DNA of 47,466 bases from Armatimonadota bacterium (GTDB taxonomy: Bacteria > Armatimonadota > Armatimonadia > Armatimonadales > Armatimonadaceae): assembly GCA_043754515.1 (NCBI GenBank), contig JAYUUO010000081.1, forward strand, positions 1-47,466. The letters are read 5' to 3'. The notes below the pieces were generated by a model. That model made no database searches, was not told the origin of the DNA, and saw only the letters and a list, made by a program, of their open reading frames with translations. The position numbers and the translations under genes are program-made. Positions 10,113 through 19,310 of the stretch are shown in pieces (position 1 is the first letter of the stretch; every line of letters begins with the position of its first letter).

Positions 10113-10679
10113 ATGGCAAACCGCGCTTACCTCTACGCAACCGAAACTTACGAGACCGGGGGGTGGCACGACTGGTACAACCGGAACAGCCAGACAGTAC
10201 CATACGGCGACTCGCGCCACACGCTCCCTTTTGCGTGGCTCTTCTTTTACACGCCCCGCGACATTCGGATTCACGACGAGGGCACATGGAAAGTCGTTCG
10301 TCTCATCGCCCCAAAAGCCGAGGCCATCGCCCGGTTCGAGGCGCGCCTTCCGCTCCTGTCTCGCATCACCGAAAGCCGCGACGACTCCGATAACAATGTC
10401 GCCGATCTTCTGGCCGTGGTGAGGTCATGGGGCGGCGAGTACCTTAGTCTCGACGCTGACATGGTGGTTGACACGCTCGACGAGTTGGCAGTGCCGCTAT
10501 TCGAGTCTCTTCTGCGGAGTTTAGACGAATATCCACCTGACATCGCGCGGATCGTTAAAAACGCGTCCGACTTGAACAGCATTCTAGACCGGGCGGCATA
10601 TCGCGAGACACGAGCCGAAACCTTCCGAAACAATCTAGTCGGTGCCTGGTACGCGGGACACGCGCCCGGCACCAGTTAG
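10113..10679 (+). CDS. Hypothetical protein
   Basis: 188-aa ORF starting MANRAYLYAT, co-oriented and 23 bp after the protease. Confidence 0.7.
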   Translation: MANRAYLYATETYETGGWHDWYNRNSQTVPYGDSRHTLPFAWLFFYTPRDIRIHDEGTWKVVRLIAPKAEAIARFEARLPLLSRITESRDDSDNNVADLLAVVRSWGGEYLSLDADMVVDTLDELAVPLFESLLRSLDEYPPDIARIVKNASDLNSILDRAAYRETRAETFRNNLVGAWYAGHAPGTS

Positions 10680-10707
10680 AGGTGCGCGGGAGCGGGAAAC
10701 TCAGCCG

Positions 10708-10781
10708 TCATCTGCCGTTCAGGAAGCCCGAAACGTCCGCCTTCAGTTTCGAGAGCGACGGCGAATGAATATACATCATGT
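10708..10781 (-). pseudogene. Orphan 3' end of an S10 serine carboxypeptidase gene
   Basis: Minus strand 10779-10708 reads MMYIHSPSLSKLKADVSGFLNGR*, resembling the GHMMY...PSL.KLK.D...F C-terminus. The expected His codon reads GAC and similarity stops there. Confidence 0.7.
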
Positions 10782-10890
10782 CATAGCGACCAAACTGCCA
10801 TGATCGTGCTTCTAAGCTGTTATTCCCTTTCCTCTTCTACCTTTCCTCGTGCGAAGGGTACATGGAAAAAATAATGGTGAATTGATTATT

Positions 10891-10928
10891 TTTGACTGAG
10901 TAATGTGAGGTCATGTTACGCAGTCAAA
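10891..10928. repeat. Imperfect 18-bp inverted repeat around a central GG
   Basis: TTTGACTGAGTAATGTGA-GG-TCATGTTACGCAGTCAAA; 15/18 positions complementary. Confidence 0.7.
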
Positions 10929-10971
10929 GAATGATATTGGCGTTCGGAGAGGCTATGTAAAAACTAGCAAT

Positions 10972-13650
10972 CTAAGAAAGCTGAACGCGATTAACCCGGC
11001 TGGTCTCTCCCTCCAAGGAGATGTGGTATCGATTTGGGAAACGGTTCGCAAATGTTTCTTGATGTGAAACAATAACCACGCGCTCTAGAGTCTCTCCCAA
11101 TCTATGCATGACATCTGCCATGCCTTCCAGGTTCTTAGGGTCTAGACTGCCGAACCCCTCATCGATCATGACGGATCGAAGCCTTGTTTGCCCACCGACG
11201 ACACATTGGCCCAATGCGAGAGCGAGTGCCACGCTGACACGAAACTGTTGTGAACCAGACAGACCTTTGAGCAGAATTGGCTCCCCTGGTAACATCGTGT
11301 TTGCACATACGAGATTCAGAGCGGTGTTCGCATTGCGCCCTTCAATCGCTTTGGATTCCGAAAGGTGTAAAGTTCCTCCAGAAAGTTGCGCAAGCGTTTC
11401 GTTTGCCTTGCAGGTAATTAGCTGTTCCGCATTGCGGATCAATTCGCGTTGCAAGCCTTCATTCCCCAAGCAATCAGCCAAAAATTTCCATAAATCGCGA
11501 TCTCTGATAGTATCGTCGTACTCCTTTTGCACAACTTCACGCTCAGATTGTTGGCGTCGTAGTGCGTCACGATGGTTCAACGCACTCCGTTCAGCAATTT
11601 CGGTGTCGCGGGCTATCTCCTTGGCGACATACAGTTTCTCCTCTGCTTCAGGTAGCCCTAGCCGTGCATCATCGGGAAGAGACTCCATCTGGCGGGAAAG
11701 ATTGGTAGCCTCACTACGTTTGACCGTGAGTTCATATTCGGCATTGTCAAGACCCTCTAACATCTGTACGGCTGTCTGAGTCATTTCACACTCAGACTCT
11801 AATCGGGCGAGTTCGGTCTCAACCCTAATCGCGGGGTGGTCACGCCAAGCTGCAGGAAGTGCTCCGGTATCTTCACTCAGAGTTCGCGAACGCTCTTCGA
11901 CACCGGCTTGCCACTGATCAATCACCTGCTCAATGCCCTTCCAATCTTTGTGTTTTTCGCGCCAACGTTCGGCACTTTCAGCAAGTGATTTCATAGCCTG
12001 CAGGTCTGCCGGAGTTGGGTAGCCCTCGATCTCGCCACTGAGCCTCTTACGAGTAGCTTCATTAACCCTGCTCTTGGCTTCGTGAGAGAGCTGCCATTTT
12101 CGTTCGCATATAATCCTCGCCGATGCCGCGTCTTTTGTGGCGTTTTCCCATGCTCGCACAGATGCTGAATATTTACTGTCAGCGGCTTTAAGTTGTTCAA
12201 CCGCTCGTGTGAGAGATTCTTGTAGCTGACGTTCGGTACTGGTCGCAGTTGACAGTGCCTTACTAGCATTCAAAAGGTTTCCTTGAAGTGCCTGTAGTTG
12301 TTCTTCCCTCATCTCTGGGGTGAGAGGCTGACCACATATTCGACACATAGCCGCTTCGCCGCCATCAACAAGAACCACAAGTCTCTCTTCGATGTCTGTT
12401 TTAACACCTTGGCATCGTCCCTTTTCCTCGCGTGCTCTTTCCAAAGCCGCTCGTGTTGTTGTCTCGGTTTCGATGTACTCTCTTCCCGAGACATCAAACG
12501 AATCGAGTTGTGGCGCGTCTGCCTGAGCAGACTTGTTTTTCCAATCGCTTGTCGCCGTAAACGCTTCGTTACGTGCGTTACAGAAGGCTTCTACCGCAGG
12601 GAAGAATCTTTCTGCAAGATCAGTCTTGTTACACTTCTTCTCCAATGCCTCTCGAATGACGCCAACATCGACGGTCACATCTAGACCAAGTTCATGAACA
12701 AGATCGTGACACATCACACTTCGTTGTTCAAGATGTCGTGCGTGTTTTGCTTTGGCACCAGTTAATGCGTCGTGGGCTTTGAGTACTACACGGAGTACAG
12801 GGAGAATAGATGCCAATTCCCTATGCCGCATGGCGTGTTTGCGTACTGCATCCGCTTCGGCTATCACAGTCTCGATCTGCGATATCTCTCCGCTCAGTGT
12901 CGTGAGTCGCATCTTCCAATCGTCGAAATTCTTCGCATGGGTTACCATCACCGCACAGTGGTCCCGCATCTTTTGTGCCGACGAATATTCTTGCGAGGCG
13001 ATTTCGGCGGCAGATATAGCATTAGTAATCTCCTCATCAGTAACGACAGGGAGTGAGTTACCAATCAATCTTAAGGCAAAGTTTTTCACCACACCGGTTA
13101 ACCCGGCTTCACGCTTACTTGCAAGATCACACAATATTTCATAGTCGCGAAGGTTCATAATACGTTTCAGCAACTCAAACCGGCCTTTGGGGTCAGCCTT
13201 TACGATGCTATTCTCACCATTCTGTGGCAAGAAAACTGACATGGTGAACGACTCGTACTTGAGCCCAAGGATTTGTTCAATATGTCCAGTGCATTCGTCG
13301 CCTTCCGAAATCGCATGCCAGTTAGCGCCATCCCAGCGTAGTAGTTTTCCACTTACCGAGCCGCTCTTCCGCTTAATTCCTCGTTGCGACCTGTACAACA
13401 CTCCATTTGTGGAAAACTCGAACTCCACACTAGCGGCGTCGCTCTGGGTATTTACAAGCCCACGAGCGTTCTGTCCACCATGGCGGTGTTGCTTGAACAG
13501 AGCGAACGTGATTCCGTCAAAGACGGAAGATTTGCCTGCACCGTTATCTCCTGACAGCATCCATAGGCGGTTGTTGTCAGCCGAGAAGTCAAACTCCGCT
13601 TCATCTCGATAGGACAGAAAACCCTTTAATTTTAGCTTCATAGGTACCAT
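10972..13650 (-). CDS. sbcC: Rad50/SbcC-family SMC-like ATPase
   Basis: Walker A GDNGAGKSS, Q-loop FLPQ, coiled coils, zinc hook CRIC, signature LSGSQ, Walker B/D-loop IDEGFGSLD, H-loop VSH. Confidence 0.93.
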   Translation of the reverse strand: MVPMKLKLKGFLSYRDEAEFDFSADNNRLWMLSGDNGAGKSSVFDGITFALFKQHRHGGQNARGLVNTQSDAASVEFEFSTNGVLYRSQRGIKRKSGSVSGKLLRWDGANWHAISEGDECTGHIEQILGLKYESFTMSVFLPQNGENSIVKADPKGRFELLKRIMNLRDYEILCDLASKREAGLTGVVKNFALRLIGNSLPVVTDEEITNAISAAEIASQEYSSAQKMRDHCAVMVTHAKNFDDWKMRLTTLSGEISQIETVIAEADAVRKHAMRHRELASILPVLRVVLKAHDALTGAKAKHARHLEQRSVMCHDLVHELGLDVTVDVGVIREALEKKCNKTDLAERFFPAVEAFCNARNEAFTATSDWKNKSAQADAPQLDSFDVSGREYIETETTTRAALERAREEKGRCQGVKTDIEERLVVLVDGGEAAMCRICGQPLTPEMREEQLQALQGNLLNASKALSTATSTERQLQESLTRAVEQLKAADSKYSASVRAWENATKDAASARIICERKWQLSHEAKSRVNEATRKRLSGEIEGYPTPADLQAMKSLAESAERWREKHKDWKGIEQVIDQWQAGVEERSRTLSEDTGALPAAWRDHPAIRVETELARLESECEMTQTAVQMLEGLDNAEYELTVKRSEATNLSRQMESLPDDARLGLPEAEEKLYVAKEIARDTEIAERSALNHRDALRRQQSEREVVQKEYDDTIRDRDLWKFLADCLGNEGLQRELIRNAEQLITCKANETLAQLSGGTLHLSESKAIEGRNANTALNLVCANTMLPGEPILLKGLSGSQQFRVSVALALALGQCVVGGQTRLRSVMIDEGFGSLDPKNLEGMADVMHRLGETLERVVIVSHQETFANRFPNRYHISLEGETSRVNRVQLS

Positions 13651-14891
13651 TATAAGAGACTTTCCTCAGACGTAAACAATTCTTCAAGCATCAGCAATAA
13701 TCTCTCCCTGCGCGGATCGGTCGTATCCAGTTTACGCTGGAGGTATTCACGTGCTATCTGTTGTGCGTCCCCCGAATCTTGCTGTCCGAAAATTTCCTCA
13801 ATTTGCACTTCGCCAGACCCTGACTTAGCCCTCGCATCAGTTTGGTAAAGACGTGGGAAAAGAGTGCTGAGGCGCCGTTGTGCTGCTACGTAATCGTCTT
13901 GACCCGGTAGATAATGGATAGTAGCCTTTACCAAAACGGCTTCCAGCTCGCTTCGCGGACGATCACCCCATTCGCGCTCAATACGGTCAAGATCTTTCGC
14001 GTGGTCGTTGATTTCTGTCATAAGAAAGGGAGACGATGGTAGCCGTAATAGTTGTGGATCTTTAACACGTCCAGCCCGATTGATCTCGACGAGCGTAACA
14101 CTTTTCTCATCATCCCTCTCTCCTGCGTCAAGACTCTCAACCGAACCGCAGTACCTCATCCAGGGGGCATTATGTACGACCTCTTGCGGCTTATGAATAT
14201 GTCCAAAGGCTCCATACGCCCAGTATGTAGGCACATCGCTCTGCTCGAATACCACGTCTTCGTTCTCACTCAGCTTATATCCATTGCGCGTCGTTACCCC
14301 ACGTACCAGAATGTGACTGACTAAAATGGCGGCAGCATCTTTCTCAACGGCGGGACGGACTCGCTCTGCCATGAACCGACTGACCCGTTGAGCTTTGTGA
14401 GCATTCTCGCGCCCGATCTCCTCGAACGGTAAATCACGCAACCAAGAAGCCCCAGGATAAGGCATCAGAACAAACGGGTGAACTGCGTCCGTCTTATGAT
14501 CATGCAATCTAACGATCTTCGCAGTATTCGCCAGGTGAAACCTTCCCGGCGGTGACACTCCCCCTTTATCCACACCGTCGGGTATAAGGTTGAATGCACT
14601 GTTGAGTGATTCACAAAACGAATCATTATCGTGATTCCCTCGTACTGCAAGAATTGTCCCTCCTCGCCGGAGAAAAGGAACAAAAATTTGTTCGATGTTT
14701 CCAATCGCTTCTTTTAGACCGTCACGGGTCAGACGGTCACAGAAGAGGTCCCCCGCGATTATCAAAACGTCGACCGAATACTCTTCGAGATATTCTGCGA
14801 CACGCCTGACATTCTTCAGAATATCGTTTGCACGGCAAACTTCGCCTAGACGATGCCCCATATGCCAGTCACCTGTGTGTAATATTCGCAT
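13650..14891 (-). CDS. sbcD: Mre11/SbcD-family metallophosphoesterase nuclease
   Basis: MRILHTGDWHMG, AGDLF, GNHD, SH, FGHIHKPQ, YCGS; stop overlaps the sbcC start. Confidence 0.93.
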   Translation of the reverse strand: MRILHTGDWHMGHRLGEVCRANDILKNVRRVAEYLEEYSVDVLIIAGDLFCDRLTRDGLKEAIGNIEQIFVPFLRRGGTILAVRGNHDNDSFCESLNSAFNLIPDGVDKGGVSPPGRFHLANTAKIVRLHDHKTDAVHPFVLMPYPGASWLRDLPFEEIGRENAHKAQRVSRFMAERVRPAVEKDAAAILVSHILVRGVTTRNGYKLSENEDVVFEQSDVPTYWAYGAFGHIHKPQEVVHNAPWMRYCGSVESLDAGERDDEKSVTLVEINRAGRVKDPQLLRLPSSPFLMTEINDHAKDLDRIEREWGDRPRSELEAVLVKATIHYLPGQDDYVAAQRRLSTLFPRLYQTDARAKSGSGEVQIEEIFGQQDSGDAQQIAREYLQRKLDTTDPRRERLLLMLEELFTSEESLL

Positions 14892-14919
14892 AATACATTC
14901 TCCACTTCTCTGCTTTTGT

Positions 14920-16881
14920 TTAAATATCCCCGAAGGTTGATATATCTTCCGTTTCGCGGCCCGGTTCGTTACGCCCTATTCCGATATTTCTTTGGAGCGG
15001 TGAGGTGGTTATGTCAGCTTCTTCCTTCCGCATAGCCCAGATAGGAAAAGGAACATGCAAATACATGGGCTGGCGGAACCCGCTTTGCATCACGAGTTTC
15101 TCGTTCGGGCGCAGTCCTTCGGCGCGACGACGCGTGGCTTCTGAAAGGGTACGCCAGACGTCGGACCGCAATTCTACGCTACCCGTTTGCCCTAACACTT
15201 TCACGGCGGCGTTCTCCACCACCCGTTCGGAAACCATTGATGCCTGTTGTTGCGCCCCTAGTAGAATAACTCCCTGCGAGCGCATCTCGGCAGCTACGGT
15301 TTCCACAAGTTTGGTGATCGGGTCTTTCGCCCCGCGCGGGGCGAAGCGGTTCAACTCGTCTAGCACGATGAGGTAGCGAAGTCCGGGAACCGCCTTCGCG
15401 CCAGTGCGACTCTCAACCACCTGTCGTAAAACCGACGCTACCACGAAGCGTTGTAAGTGTGGTACGCCCGATAAACCGTTTAAATCAACGACACAAGGGT
15501 CGGTAATATCGGTTTGTGTAACATCGAGTGGATTACCGTCAATACCGTCTACGCGTAGCACACCCCGGCTTTCGTGAAGCAAAAGTTTTATACGTCGTTG
15601 CACCTTCAGAATTGTCGCCCGATGGTGTTCTCCCCCCAGAGCCTCTGGCTGGAGCCATTCCCTGAGATCAGCGAACGTTTGAATCGCTCTGTCCCGTCCT
15701 TGTGGAGCATCCGTGCGGAGTGTTCTCGATTCTACGCCGTCCTCGTCTACAGAGACATGAGTCAGCTTTTCCTCAATGTCGTATAAAACCGTAAGGAAGT
15801 TATCATTTGAGGTATCTTCTGCGGAAAAGAGATACAGAAATAATCCGCGCTCAATAATGTTCTTTAGCGACCAGCTGTAAGGAGTGACGTTCCTGTTTCC
15901 GGGGCGCCCGGTGGGGATCGGTTCGTTTCCGTTTTTTTGCCTGGGCGCGAAATAGCGAACATTCTCGAATGGTTTCGGCTCCGGCACCCCGATCTCTTGC
16001 CATGCCGTCCCGTGTGCCCCAACGTCAAAACCCCGGTTCGTATAATCCAGATAGAATAGGTCGAAGTTTTTGACGTTGAAAATGATGGGGACAGGGCGTG
16101 GCAACGTGTCTACGTTGGGCGTCTTCTCTCTCAGATCGCGGGCGTGACGAAGCAACATATAAACGACCTGCAACAGGAACGACGACTTTGTGGCGCGTCC
16201 CGCCGCGCCGCTGACATTCATGTGTCCGCCATTGCCGCCGAGAAGATAATCCAGATCGAGACAGCCGGGACCAGCGAAATGTGTGCCGCCGTTTTTGATC
16301 AGACCGACGGGGAGGCGGTTTTCTTCGCTTACTTCATCGATCCCATATGCTTTTGCCGCCGCCTCTGGTCCCGCAAGGCAGACTTTGCTTCGCTCACGGG
16401 GCGGTGCCAATCGCTCTGGATCGGCCCGTAGGATTACTGCATCGGCGTAAGTTATCCCTTCAGCTTTATAGGGTGGCTCGTCAGACAAATCGCCGTCAAA
16501 CTCGTCAATCTCCTGCCCCATATCGCGCCGTCTAGAACAACGATGTACTTCCTCTACAAGGGCAAAATACGTGACCGATTCGCCTGCACACTCTGACTCT
16601 GTTGTAACGATCTGTGTCGCTTCGACGCTAACTTCTTCGGGAACCCAGAAGTGGAAACGCGACGACGTTGCCTCCTGACGTGGCGGGGCACCAACACGAC
16701 CGACGACAGTTCTTCCCTCTTCAATAATGGCTCCCCGGTTTCGCCTCTCGGCGGGGTTTATTTCGAATCCATTAACTAAAGAGACCTCCCCCGCGCCGAG
16801 CATATCTGCAGGATTACCGATCATCTGTGTCCAGACCGCATCCGACCCGGTATCACCTATTTCATTCTCTTTCTCGTTCAT
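14920..16881 (-). CDS. herA: HerA-family ATPase/DNA translocase, bacterial type
   Basis: N-terminal HAS-barrel-like region (VGRVG...FHFWV), variant Walker A HMNVSGAAGRATKSS, FNVK, Walker B IVLDELNRFAP, RSQGVILLGAQQ. Start ATG 16881 after GAGAGGA. Confidence 0.88.
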   Translation of the reverse strand: MNEKENEIGDTGSDAVWTQMIGNPADMLGAGEVSLVNGFEINPAERRNRGAIIEEGRTVVGRVGAPPRQEATSSRFHFWVPEEVSVEATQIVTTESECAGESVTYFALVEEVHRCSRRRDMGQEIDEFDGDLSDEPPYKAEGITYADAVILRADPERLAPPRERSKVCLAGPEAAAKAYGIDEVSEENRLPVGLIKNGGTHFAGPGCLDLDYLLGGNGGHMNVSGAAGRATKSSFLLQVVYMLLRHARDLREKTPNVDTLPRPVPIIFNVKNFDLFYLDYTNRGFDVGAHGTAWQEIGVPEPKPFENVRYFAPRQKNGNEPIPTGRPGNRNVTPYSWSLKNIIERGLFLYLFSAEDTSNDNFLTVLYDIEEKLTHVSVDEDGVESRTLRTDAPQGRDRAIQTFADLREWLQPEALGGEHHRATILKVQRRIKLLLHESRGVLRVDGIDGNPLDVTQTDITDPCVVDLNGLSGVPHLQRFVVASVLRQVVESRTGAKAVPGLRYLIVLDELNRFAPRGAKDPITKLVETVAAEMRSQGVILLGAQQQASMVSERVVENAAVKVLGQTGSVELRSDVWRTLSEATRRRAEGLRPNEKLVMQSGFRQPMYLHVPFPIWAMRKEEADITTSPLQRNIGIGRNEPGRETEDISTFGDI

Positions 16882-16894
16882 AACATACTTCCTC

Positions 16895-18013
16895 TCATAG
16901 TGACGCAACCCGATAAAAACCGCGTGTCAGTCGCTCGATGCTTTGAAAACGCGCACCCAGAACTTCCTCAGCGCGGCGGATCGGTTCCAGAGTCACGGCA
17001 GCACGGCCGTAATAGGGATCACAGGTCACTCGCCGACAGAGCCACCCGGATAATCGGTTCACGAAGTCTAGGTCGCAGTGGGTGGTGTCTTCAAAGAATG
17101 ATCGCATCATTCCTACCCGCACTACTCCGCCCAGAGGGTCACCGCTTCCTTCCTTAAGACGCAAGTACCATGTGGTTATATTCATCGCATGCTTGTTGGA
17201 GCGATAAGTAATCAGAGGTGTTCTTTGTCCTGGCTTTAAATCATAAACGAGACGCCAGCCATCCCTATTCAGGAGACCAGTATTCGCGTGCGTTTTGATA
17301 ATGCCAAACAGTGGAGCGGTGGCATGCTCGGGCGTAGTTTTTTGCTCCAAAGGTCCGTCTACCAGAGTCGGGGTAGAGATGCCAACTGAGGAAACCATAT
17401 CGCGCTCGTGGCGGAACATTTCTTCGCGAGTACGGCTACGCGCATTTTCGCGCATCCATCCGATATTGAAAGGGTCTTCCCCTTCACGCAGGGGGCGGCT
17501 AACTAATAGGCGAATATTTTGCGCCGAGAGCGCGGTGGCGAAACGTTCGATCTCATCCCAAGCGAACAGATCAGCCATCAAAGAAACGACAACTTCCACG
17601 GAGCGCGATTCGGCGCAAAGAAACTCGGCATTTTCGCCACTGCTTCGTGCGGCATGCATGGCTACCGCGCCGACCTGAGCCAGCCGAAGCGGGACTGCAA
17701 ACCCTCCCGGCGCAATGAGGTATGCCACCGCGCTCCCTACATCCTTGCCGTCCACGAAGCGGGATGGGAGCCAAGCGATCTGTCTCGCCACGACACTCTT
17801 CTCCGGTGAAGCATTGATAGCCCGCCACCTAGATAGCGGGATCTCGTAGTCACATCCTATAGCATTGTATTCACCGTCTCCCGGTTCGTCCGCAACGTCC
17901 GCGGTGCCAGGTGGTGATGCAGAGCGGAAATCCGGCGCGTTGCTTTCCTGTGAACGTCGTGCCCCATGATCATGCAGAAAACTCATGCCGGATGCGGCTA
18001 ATGGATAGCGCAT
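16895..18013 (-). CDS. nurA: NurA-like nuclease
   Basis: Two DG motifs (FVDG, LVDGPL), GIIKTH, LKPGQRTP, WYLRL, GVVRV, PI..AE; directly upstream of herA. Confidence 0.75.
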   Translation of the reverse strand: MRYPLAASGMSFLHDHGARRSQESNAPDFRSASPPGTADVADEPGDGEYNAIGCDYEIPLSRWRAINASPEKSVVARQIAWLPSRFVDGKDVGSAVAYLIAPGGFAVPLRLAQVGAVAMHAARSSGENAEFLCAESRSVEVVVSLMADLFAWDEIERFATALSAQNIRLLVSRPLREGEDPFNIGWMRENARSRTREEMFRHERDMVSSVGISTPTLVDGPLEQKTTPEHATAPLFGIIKTHANTGLLNRDGWRLVYDLKPGQRTPLITYRSNKHAMNITTWYLRLKEGSGDPLGGVVRVGMMRSFFEDTTHCDLDFVNRLSGWLCRRVTCDPYYGRAAVTLEPIRRAEEVLGARFQSIERLTRGFYRVASL

Positions 18014-18690
18014 GAAATATCTCCTTCCTTTTTCCGCAACGCCTCGAGGCGCTGACGCATCACTGCCCCGCTAACCAGAAAATCTGTTGCGAGGCGGTCT
18101 TGCCGTGCCACATTAGATCGCGCGGTGAGCGCGTCCTGCCTCATGCGCAAAATGTCTTCGGGTACCAACAGGTGAGCGGCAAAAGCATTTGCCTCGCGTT
18201 CCCGCGCTTCCAAATTACTGTCATCTTCCCCGTCGCCGCCGCTACTTGCCGGGTTAAAACCATCGAATAATCCGGGACGGAATGCTTCAGGGCTATCTCG
18301 TACGCTCTCCCGCCAGTTTTGTAGCGCGGGTCGAAAATGCAGAAAGAGGTGCCCCAATTCATGCGCCACCGAGAACCGTCGCCGTGTCACAGAGTCGTTC
18401 TGGTTGACGAACAAAAATGCCATGTCACCTACCGCGTACAGGAAACCCGATAGCGGTTCGTCCCGATTCCTTGCAAGGATTGACAAAGGTTCTCGTAAGA
18501 CCCGCCGCCGTGTCAGGAATGTTTCCGCAACACCTGCAGTCAATCCGGGTAATTCCACGCACGATATAGCGAACCGCTCTAACACAGGCGCGAGGGGGGC
18601 AACAGGAAAAATTTGGGATGGAGGTGGGACATCTACCTCATCATAAACGGATAAAACTACTCGCGCCCAATCACCTCTATCTCTCATCAT
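17998..18690 (-). CDS. ImmA/IrrE-family zinc metallopeptidase, stand-alone
   Basis: RRRFSVAHELGH (HExxH), EREANAFAAHLLVP, F.VS..VM..RL. Confidence 0.92.
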   Translation of the reverse strand: MMRDRGDWARVVLSVYDEVDVPPPSQIFPVAPLAPVLERFAISCVELPGLTAGVAETFLTRRRVLREPLSILARNRDEPLSGFLYAVGDMAFLFVNQNDSVTRRRFSVAHELGHLFLHFRPALQNWRESVRDSPEAFRPGLFDGFNPASSGGDGEDDSNLEAREREANAFAAHLLVPEDILRMRQDALTARSNVARQDRLATDFLVSGAVMRQRLEALRKKEGDISCAIH

Positions 18691-19310
18691 TTCTCTCCGC
18701 TCTTGTCGCCAGAAGGTCTTTTATCGTTTCGTAATCGTTCCCGTCGTGCGGCGGCGAGGCGGAACGTTCCTTCACGTTCCATAGCCACGGCAAGTAACGT
18801 TTCCTGCACAAACCGTACCACTGATACTCCGATGCCCTGACCTACCTGTGCTACACGTGTCAGGAGTGTGCGGGTGTCGCGCTGAGTCAGACTGGTAGGA
18901 ACCTGCTCATCCCCCGGTAGAGACTCCAGTCGGTCGGCAATACGTGAAATAATCACATGTTCCGCAGGCTGCGTCATTTCAGTTGGGGCATCACTGCGCA
19001 GACGCACGGCAACATCTCGCCATGTTACAGGGGGGACGGGAAGCTCTACTGCAAACTGACGGTTCTCCGCGTTTAAACCGGTCAGGCTGCGCACCAAGGG
19101 AGCGGAAAAGGTCTGCGATGCCGCCGCCACTACCCGCTCTTCCGTTTGATGTTGTTCCTCGTATGCCAGATGCGTTTCCCATATGGCATCTACAAGAATA
19201 GGACTATTCTTGGCTTCAGCAAGCAGATTTGCTTGTTCCTCCAGATCGCCCGAATCCACCGCGCAAAGATAACGGAGCAAAAACAGTTCTTTAATGTCTT
19301 GTGAGATCAT
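18687..19310 (-). CDS. Hypothetical cytoplasmic protein, candidate anti-sigma factor
   Basis: 207 aa; ATGA overlaps with both the sigma and peptidase genes; helical, no TM segment; RLAAARR near the C-terminus. Confidence 0.7.
   Translation of the reverse strand: MISQDIKELFLLRYLCAVDSGDLEEQANLLAEAKNSPILVDAIWETHLAYEEQHQTEERVVAAASQTFSAPLVRSLTGLNAENRQFAVELPVPPVTWRDVAVRLRSDAPTEMTQPAEHVIISRIADRLESLPGDEQVPTSLTQRDTRTLLTRVAQVGQGIGVSVVRFVQETLLAVAMEREGTFRLAAARRERLRNDKRPSGDKSGEK

Noticed and set aside
7113..13650. polB as part of the NurA-HerA-Mre11-Rad50 system
   Set aside because: polB has host-like composition and lies outside the inferred junction at ~10781, separated by opposite-strand genes; the proximity looks incidental.
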